Of a stretch of 64,000 bases of DNA, positions 59,245-64,000 are shown in pieces (positions within the stretch are counted from its first letter, which is position 1; the number at the start of each line of letters is the position of its first letter). The stretch lies in IMG/VR virus record IMGVR_UViG_3300035698_012970, positions 1-64,000 of that record, one strand, 5' to 3'. Below the pieces are notes generated by a model. It was not told where the DNA came from. It was given only the letters and a program-made list of their open reading frames with translations, and did no database searches. This DNA comes from a virus. The translations under genes were made by a program, and so were the position numbers.

Positions 59245-59325
59245 AGGCAGCGGAGGGATTCGAACCCTCGAAGCTTTCGCAGTAGATTTGCAATCTACCC
59301 CCTTTGGCCACTCGAGAACACTGCC
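59245..59325 (-). tRNA. tRNA-Cys(GCA) with extended variable arm
   Basis: GGCAGTG/CGCTGCC acceptor, GTAGA-TTGCAAA-TCTAC, GGTTCGAATCC, U73; CCA not encoded. Confidence 0.9.
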
Positions 59326-59330
59326 ATTTT

Positions 59331-59407
59331 AATAGATAAAGAGGATCTCGACTTCTCTTTCCAATTCCTAAACAGAGTTTCACCCCTCGAAGTACACATT
59401 ATCTATT
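59331..59407 (-). ncRNA. tRNA-sized structured element (degenerate tRNA or unknown small RNA)
   Basis: AATAGATAA/TTATCTATT closing stem; internal AAAGAG-AAGTCGAGATC-CTCTTT T-arm-like hairpin; no canonical D or anticodon arm. Confidence 0.35.
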
Positions 59408-59412
59408 ATTTG

Positions 59413-59499
59413 AAGAGAGTAACGGATTCGAACCATCGAGCCCCGTGAAGGGCTACCTACTTTCCAGGCAGGTGCCTTAAGCCACTCGGCCAACTCTCT
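59413..59499 (-). tRNA. tRNA-Ser(GGA)
   Basis: AGAGAGT/ACTCTCT, CCTGC-CTGGAAA-GTAGG, long variable arm, GGTTCGAATCC. Confidence 0.92.
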
Positions 59500-59516
59500 A
59501 GTTATCAATAAGTTAG

Positions 59517-59603
59517 CGGAAGATGAGGGATTCGAACCCTCGGGACGCTTTCGCGCCCACTGGTTTAGCAAACCAGCCATTTAAGCCACTCATGCAATCT
59601 TCC
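59517..59603 (-). tRNA. tRNA-Ser(GCT)
   Basis: GGAAGAT/ATCTTCC, CTGGT-TTGCTAA-ACCAG, long variable arm, G73. Confidence 0.95.
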
Positions 59604-59608
59604 AGTTT

Positions 59609-59698
59609 TGGAGGAAGGAGGTGGTCTTGATCCACACCCGATCTAACGAGACCTGGTTTTCAAGACCAGTCGGAGCACCCGCCCCTGCTTCACCTTCC
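59609..59698 (-). tRNA. tRNA-Ser(TGA), non-canonical 8/4 tRNA-Sec-like fold
   Basis: GGAAGGTG/CTCCTTCC acceptor, D arm GGGGC-GGGT-GCTCC, CTGGT-CTTGAAA-ACCAG, 4-bp T stem GTGG-ATCAAGA-CCAC, encoded CCA. Confidence 0.85.
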
Positions 59699-59705
59699 AA
59701 ATTTG

Positions 59706-59787
59706 TATCTCAGGTGGGACTCGAACCCACACTCCTTTCGGAACTAGGCCCTCGACCTAGCGCGTCTACCAATTCCGCCACTGAGAT
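59706..59787 (-). tRNA. tRNA-Leu(GAG)
   Basis: ATCTCAG/CTGAGAT, GCGGAATTGGTAGACGC, CTAGG-TCGAGGG-CCTAG (C33), A73. Confidence 0.9.
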
Positions 59788-59809
59788 ATATTTAATTTTA
59801 ATGTTAAAA

Positions 59810-60481
59810 CTAATTATGTAAACTATGACAATTTGGACATAACATTTGTAAATTATTTAACTTATGATTTCGGTTATTACCATCAATATGATGTAATTCT
59901 ATACATAATTCTACCCTTTGCCATATACTTATTCCACATCTTTCACATTTATTTTCTTTTATACCTTCCTTTAGCAATCTTTTCTTTAGTTTATGTGTTT
60001 GATAGTTTGGGTGTTTTCCTTCTAGAATTTCTTTCAGTTGAATTTTTCTGAAACTTTTCCTTCTAGTCCCCTTTAGTCCAACATTAGGTTGATAAACACC
60101 AAGATTCTTAGCTCTTTTTCTAAGAGTTAAAAAAGAAACCCCTAATGATTCTGCTGCTTGACCCATACTTAAACTTTCTTTACATGATTTGATTATTTCA
60201 TCATCACTAACTTTCATATTATATTTTGCAACACACGTTTGACTACAAAATTTGGGATTTTTGTTTGTTTTACTACCAGTAAAATATTCATTACAATATT
60301 TACACTTTACAGTTAGTCCTTCTTTAGTTATTCCTCTTTCTTTAAAGGTGTTACTTACTTTTTCGTTAATTTCCTTTCTGTTCTTTTTAGTCGAAAAGCA
60401 TCTAGCACATTTTGTTGAACAAAATCTACCAGAGCCATATTCTCCCTCGTGCTCAATGCCACAATTTTCACAAATTCTCAT
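59810..60481 (-). CDS. HNH homing endonuclease inserted in the tRNA operon
   Basis: CENC..GRFCS..C, KFCSQTC, CERCG, ELHHIDGNNRNHKLNNLQMLCPNCHS. Confidence 0.9.
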   Translation of the reverse strand: MRICENCGIEHEGEYGSGRFCSTKCARCFSTKKNRKEINEKVSNTFKERGITKEGLTVKCKYCNEYFTGSKTNKNPKFCSQTCVAKYNMKVSDDEIIKSCKESLSMGQAAESLGVSFLTLRKRAKNLGVYQPNVGLKGTRRKSFRKIQLKEILEGKHPNYQTHKLKKRLLKEGIKENKCERCGISIWQRVELCIELHHIDGNNRNHKLNNLQMLCPNCHSLHN

Positions 60482-60589
60482 GATAATAGTTTTATTCTAT
60501 ATATCAATTCGAACTGTTGTTTTATGGTCCATTATTGATATACTTCAAAAATGGACCATAAATTCATCATAATTTCAAAGAACGCATCG

Positions 60590-60669
60590 TGATCCGGGAG
60601 GGACTCGAACCCTCAATCCGAAGAAATAGGGCTTAAACCTATCGTGTATGCCAATTTCACCACCGGACC
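60590..60669 (-). tRNA. tRNA-Leu(TAA)
   Basis: GGTCCGG/CCGGATC, ATAGG-TTTAAGC-CCTAT, GGTTCGAGTCC, A73. Confidence 0.92.
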
Positions 60670-60678
60670 TTTTAATCG

Positions 60679-60752
60679 TACTCCTGGAGGGACTCGAACC
60701 CTCAAAAACATGTGCCTAAAACATGCGCGTATACCAATTCCGCCACAGGAGC
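60679..60752 (-). tRNA. tRNA-Leu(TAG) lacking the long variable arm
   Basis: GCTCCTG/CAGGAGT, Leu-type D loop GCGGAATTGGTATACGC, CATGT-TTTAGGC-ACATG, variable loop only TTTTT. Confidence 0.9.
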
Positions 60753-60763
60753 TTTAATTTTTG

Positions 60764-60835
60764 GGTGTTATTTGGGAATTGAACCCAAATTACTTGGACC
60801 ACAACCAAGCGTCTTACCATTAGACCAATAACACC
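60764..60835 (-). tRNA. tRNA-His(GTG) with encoded G-1
   Basis: G-GTGTTAT/ATAACAC-C, CTTGG-TTGTGGT-CCAAG, GGTTCAATTCC. Confidence 0.92.
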
Positions 60836-60842
60836 ATGTAAT

Positions 60843-60877
60843 AAAAAAGGTCCTTCGGAATTACCGAAGGACCTTTT
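60843..60877 (-). terminator. Intrinsic terminator (attenuator) between the leader ORF and the first tRNA
   Basis: AAAAGGTCCTTCGG-TAATT-CCGAAGGACC-TTTTTT, ending 7 nt before tRNA-His. Confidence 0.85.
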
Positions 60878-60906
60878 AGTTATGTATTATTAACTTTAAC
60901 TTAAGC

Positions 60907-60993
60907 TCAGCAAATCCTTATATCGTTCCTACCATGTAAATGGGAGAGCGAACTTAGACAGCTTAATAGACTTATGTTAATTATGTTTTTCAT
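60907..60993 (-). CDS. Putative attenuator leader peptide of the tRNA operon, MKNIINISLLSCLSSLSHLHGRNDIRIC
   Basis: 28 codons plus TGA, A-rich start context; codons 8-20 are all Ser/Leu/Cys/His, matching the downstream tRNAs. Confidence 0.8.
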   Translation of the reverse strand: MKNIINISLLSCLSSLSHLHGRNDIRIC

Positions 60994-61007
60994 TGTTTCT
61001 TATAGAT

Positions 61008-61073
61008 TATATATCAATTTTGTTTCGTTTTTTATTTAATACAAATATAGATCTTATTTACGTAATAAAAAAA
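61008..61073 (-). promoter_or_regulatory. Stacked promoter motifs driving the leader and tRNA operon
   Basis: TTTTTTTATTACG-N-TATATTTG (61042-61073), GAAAC (61022-61026) and GATATATA (61008-61015). Confidence 0.6.
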
Positions 61074-61823
61074 TTAAAAGCCAAGTTTTTCCAAATCAAA
61101 ATAAATATCTAATCCTTCTCTATATTTTTCAGGTATTATTAATTTATTCTTCATTCTTTGGAAAAAAGCTTCATCCCATACATTTCTAAGTATTTTCATA
61201 GTTTGTAAAGGATTTTTTTCTATTTCACTATTAAAATAATCAGCATTTAATACTGTCATTGCTAGTTTCTTAGCTTCAATTCTACCTTTATACTTAAGTA
61301 CATTTTTGAATCCTTTTGGATATGGATTATACCAGCCCCCACCTAATATCTCGAATTCACTACAATTAAAATAACTCTCTAATTTTTTAGGAGCCCCTTT
61401 TACACTAGTAAGCTCATTACCTAAAACATTATAAGAACCTGTAACCTCTTTTGGCCCGCCACGAAGATCCTTTAGTTTGTTTGACTGACATCTAAAATCG
61501 CCAGTTTTCTTTGGTCCTCCTTTAAGGGTAGTTAATATATTATGATCACAATTAAATTCACGGGTAACTTCTTTAGGAGCACCTTCGAGTGTAGCTAAGA
61601 TATTATGAGAACAATTGAAGTTACCAGTTACTTTATTAAAAACAATTCCATTAAAATCACTTAATTCAGACTTAGAGCAATCAAAATCGCCTATAACGTC
61701 GATCATACCTTTTATGGTTTCCTTCCATTTACCAATAGTATACTCATTTAAGAAATCAACTTGCTCTTCGGTTATAGTACTTTCAGATTCATTTAGCTCG
61801 TTAAAATATTTTAGATGCTCCAT
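61074..61823 (-). CDS. LRR-like repeat protein with capsid-targeting-like N-terminus
   Basis: Repeats G.F.CS.N.L.TL.G.PK.V; N-terminus MEHLKYFNELNE. Confidence 0.8.
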   Translation of the reverse strand: MEHLKYFNELNESESTITEEQVDFLNEYTIGKWKETIKGMIDVIGDFDCSKSELSDFNGIVFNKVTGNFNCSHNILATLEGAPKEVTREFNCDHNILTTLKGGPKKTGDFRCQSNKLKDLRGGPKEVTGSYNVLGNELTSVKGAPKKLESYFNCSEFEILGGGWYNPYPKGFKNVLKYKGRIEAKKLAMTVLNADYFNSEIEKNPLQTMKILRNVWDEAFFQRMKNKLIIPEKYREGLDIYFDLEKLGF

Positions 61824-62333
61824 CTATTTTTTAAAATATTTATCGTACATCATTTCACCAATATATCTAATTCTCTTTCCTTGTAACCAAATTTCGTTTG
61901 CTTCCTCACACATTGCTTCGGTCATATCATTTCTAACCATATTAATGACATTATCATATGCATCAAATGCTTTCTCGCTTATTCCTTTCTCATCTGTAAT
62001 GATCCCAATAATCTCATTCTCTATTCTTTTTCTGAAAGCTTCTACATGAGTAACTGCTCTACCAAAAAAATCTTCATAAGACATATCAGATTCATGGATT
62101 GGTCTTTTAATAGGATTACCAATACCTCTATCTCTATGTATGGTTTTAATATATTGTGCTACGTGCTTGATACTTTCCAATGCAGATTTATCATCTACGT
62201 TAAATTGTGTCTTGATCTTAGCTATTAGGGCATCAAAGAGCTCATAAGTTTTATCATATACCTTTGTAGATGGTAAAATACTTAGTCCTACTCTTTCGTT
62301 CATGGATGAATCATATTCTTTTAAGTTTTCCAT
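61824..62333 (-). CDS. Hypothetical protein, putative virion-internal
   Basis: N-terminus MENLKEYDSSMNE. Confidence 0.7.
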   Translation of the reverse strand: MENLKEYDSSMNERVGLSILPSTKVYDKTYELFDALIAKIKTQFNVDDKSALESIKHVAQYIKTIHRDRGIGNPIKRPIHESDMSYEDFFGRAVTHVEAFRKRIENEIIGIITDEKGISEKAFDAYDNVINMVRNDMTEAMCEEANEIWLQGKRIRYIGEMMYDKYFKK

Positions 62334-62905
62334 TATTTAATCTCCAAAAAAGATTTGTTAGGAACTACTGCTGAAATAGATCCTTCATCTTCTCCTATAT
62401 TTTTATAATAATAACCACTTTTAGCATTACCCATTTTTAAATTCCTCATCATCATGATATTTGCTTTTTCGTCAGTATGCGGATTATTTGTGGTATTAGT
62501 CATTTGACCTATGATTCTAACCGGGAATACTATTGGCTTAGAATCAAAAGGGATTTGATTATTATCAGAATAAACGGCTCTATAATTTCTATCTGTCGTA
62601 TAGTAATCATCCTCGGGCACATCGCTTCCACAATTATATCCACTATCACAATAGTACCCTAATTCATCTTTTTTCCTCTTTAGTGCTTCTTTGCCAGCTA
62701 ATAATGTTTTCCCATATTCTCTAGTTCCATCCCATTCACCTTCGGCAGGAACTCCAATTCTTGCTTGTAATGCTTGTGTTGCAGCTAATTTAGTTCCGAT
62801 ATGAATACCTTTCTTACCACTTAGATCCTTATTTGCCGAGCCGTGATAAAATCCTCGACTTCCACTATAATTTTCATTTAAGAATTGTTCCCAATTATTG
62901 ATCAT
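62333..62905 (-). CDS. ADP-ribosyltransferase-like protein, putative virion-internal
   Basis: N-terminus MINNWEQFLNE; FYHGS...GIHIGT..AA; YYYKNIGEDEGSIS. Confidence 0.55.
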   Translation of the reverse strand: MINNWEQFLNENYSGSRGFYHGSANKDLSGKKGIHIGTKLAATQALQARIGVPAEGEWDGTREYGKTLLAGKEALKRKKDELGYYCDSGYNCGSDVPEDDYYTTDRNYRAVYSDNNQIPFDSKPIVFPVRIIGQMTNTTNNPHTDEKANIMMMRNLKMGNAKSGYYYKNIGEDEGSISAVVPNKSFLEIK

Positions 62906-63252
62906 CCTGTTGAATCTATAAATTTGATCTCCTTAGCGGTAATACCGTCTGGCTTTTCGTGGGATTTACTACGCCCACGGTGTGTATGTATAAAATATCC
63001 ATTCTTGTCAATACCCATATCAAACCCATTTGGGTAATTGCCTTTACTGATTTTCTTTTTAAGGTCTGGGTGTAGATTAAGTCCTGAGATTATTCCATTT
63101 TTGGCTCTTGAATATTCCTTACATAAAGAAACAGCAACCTCTTTAAGTTCTTTGGAAATTCCTTTTAGATATTTAATTGATTTTTCGATTGGTACGCTAT
63201 CGTCAATCTGCTTAAAATTTTCGTAAAGTTCTAAATGTTCCATATAATGCAA
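62902..63252 (-). CDS. Hypothetical protein, putative virion-internal
   Basis: N-terminus MEHLELYENF; GATATATA upstream at 63260. Confidence 0.7.
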   Translation of the reverse strand: MHYMEHLELYENFKQIDDSVPIEKSIKYLKGISKELKEVAVSLCKEYSRAKNGIISGLNLHPDLKKKISKGNYPNGFDMGIDKNGYFIHTHRGRSKSHEKPDGITAKEIKFIDSTG

Positions 63253-63258
63253 TTTGCA

Positions 63259-63492
63259 CTATATATCTTTTTCCTTTAGTACCTTTATTGCTTTTATATA
63301 GCTCTTGATTTTCTCATTCGCCTCATCAATCCATTTTTGGTATCGATCTTTAGCATACTTAGGGTCATCTTCTTGTAGTTTTTCAGTAAAAATTTTTGCT
63401 GTTCTAATTTCCTCTTTCAAGTAATCCATCAATAACTCAATCGAATGTCTCATAATTTTATTTTTTGATAATAGAAGAATTTGGTATATCAT
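63259..63492 (-). CDS. Hypothetical protein
   Basis: Tiles array. Confidence 0.6.
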   Translation of the reverse strand: MIYQILLLSKNKIMRHSIELLMDYLKEEIRTAKIFTEKLQEDDPKYAKDRYQKWIDEANEKIKSYIKAIKVLKEKDI

Positions 63493-63832
63493 CTAAGTTA
63501 ATATCCTTATTGACATATTCATCTATGAATGGCGGAATGTGACTTATAGTACCGATCTTTCTATTGTCGAACCAAATACTCTTAAGACTGTCAATCCTAC
63601 AGATCTTTTTTATTCTTTCAATCTCGCCAGGAATAGGTAATGGTTTCCATTCAAGTCTTATCCCCTTAAAACGATCTACTAATTCACGATTAATGAGATA
63701 TATGGTTTTACTGTTGTTAGTAGTTTCTTTATAAAAAACCTCATAATACCATAAAATATTGGATAGATGTTGATGGTCTATATCATTAATAGGCTTTCTT
63801 TCGCCCATACTAGTTTGCCAAATTAATGTCAT
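63458..63832 (-). CDS. Hypothetical protein
   Basis: IDHQHLSNILW. Confidence 0.7.
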   Translation of the reverse strand: MTLIWQTSMGERKPINDIDHQHLSNILWYYEVFYKETTNNSKTIYLINRELVDRFKGIRLEWKPLPIPGEIERIKKICRIDSLKSIWFDNRKIGTISHIPPFIDEYVNKDINLDDIPNSSIIKK

Positions 63833-63835
63833 AAT

Positions 63836-64000
63836 TTAATCCTCGATTATCCAACGATTAAGTTCTTGACCTGGCATCTTAGGACCAAAATCAGCTTCTC
63901 CCATATCAGTAACGGGAACACAAAATTCAACTCTATCCTTAGCTAAATCTGCATAATAATATGCATTGCCCATTCTAATAAATCTAAAATGTGCTAATGG
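63836..64000 (-). CDS. Hypothetical protein, C-terminal part (runs off window)
   Basis: Open frame ...EFCVPVTDMGEADFGPKMPGQELNRWIIED*. Confidence 0.6.
   Translation of the reverse strand, partial: PLAHFRFIRMGNAYYYADLAKDRVEFCVPVTDMGEADFGPKMPGQELNRWIIED

Noticed and set aside
59609-59698. tRNA-Sec or opal suppressor
   Set aside because: The anticodon reads TGA (decodes Ser TCA/TCG), not TCA.
59186-59821. ORF-track ORFs 59186..59383, 59242..59448, 59380..59580 and 59621..59821
   Set aside because: They overlap well-formed tRNA genes and are spurious.
60590-60752. Ochre/amber suppressor tRNAs
   Set aside because: Anticodons TAA and TAG decode Leu TTA and CTA; suppressors would need TTA or CTA anticodons.
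60843-60877. Hairpin as a simple end-of-operon terminator for the upstream protein genes
   Set aside because: It may also serve that role, but it lies about 200 nt past the last protein gene, downstream of new promoter motifs and the leader ORF, and only 7 nt before tRNA-His. That leaves no room for a separate tRNA promoter, so attenuation fits better.
461-63226. Numerous short plus-strand ORFs antisense to minus-strand genes
   Set aside because: Shadow ORFs rich in F/S/L/I, fully overlapping better-supported genes.
1-64000. Genome-wide stop-codon reassignment (TAG or TGA)
   Set aside because: The standard code already gives dense tiling. TAG and TGA end genes that abut their neighbours (e.g. 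TAG at 15737 and 41847, TGA at 27802). The two in-frame stops are different codons, and no suppressor tRNA is present in the window.

Overview
AT-rich, densely packed window of roughly 120 genes, almost all on the minus strand. It looks like part of a large (jumbo, T4-like) phage genome. A Bacteroidota host is inferred from TAnnTTTG promoter elements, A-rich starts without Shine-Dalgarno motifs, Q-rule signal peptides and a T9SS C-terminal domain. It encodes nucleotide and DNA metabolism genes (ThyA, a second TS-family enzyme with the cytosine-specifying Asp, RNase HII, DEDD exonucleases, NUDIX, PurA-like), glycosylation genes (GT25, GT11, NDP-sugar epimerase, FkbM), tRNA and ribosome maintenance genes (Thg1, CCA-adding enzyme, GGQ peptidyl-tRNA hydrolase), five free-standing homing endonucleases and an 8-tRNA operon (His, Leu x3, Ser x3, Cys). 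The top finding is an unannotated 28-codon leader ORF (60907-60993, minus strand) upstream of the tRNA operon. It has 13 consecutive Ser/Leu/Cys/His codons that sample all eight downstream anticodons, followed by a mutually exclusive antiterminator/terminator pair. This suggests a ribosome-stalling attenuator that switches on phage tRNAs when those tRNAs are depleted. Other notable items: an 8/4 tRNA-Sec-like tRNA-Ser, a terminase paralog with substituted catalytic residues, small proteins carrying capsid (Gol-like) segments, a phage-borne T9SS cargo protein, and several genes broken at Trp codons. All protein calls come from motif recognition only; no database searches were run.
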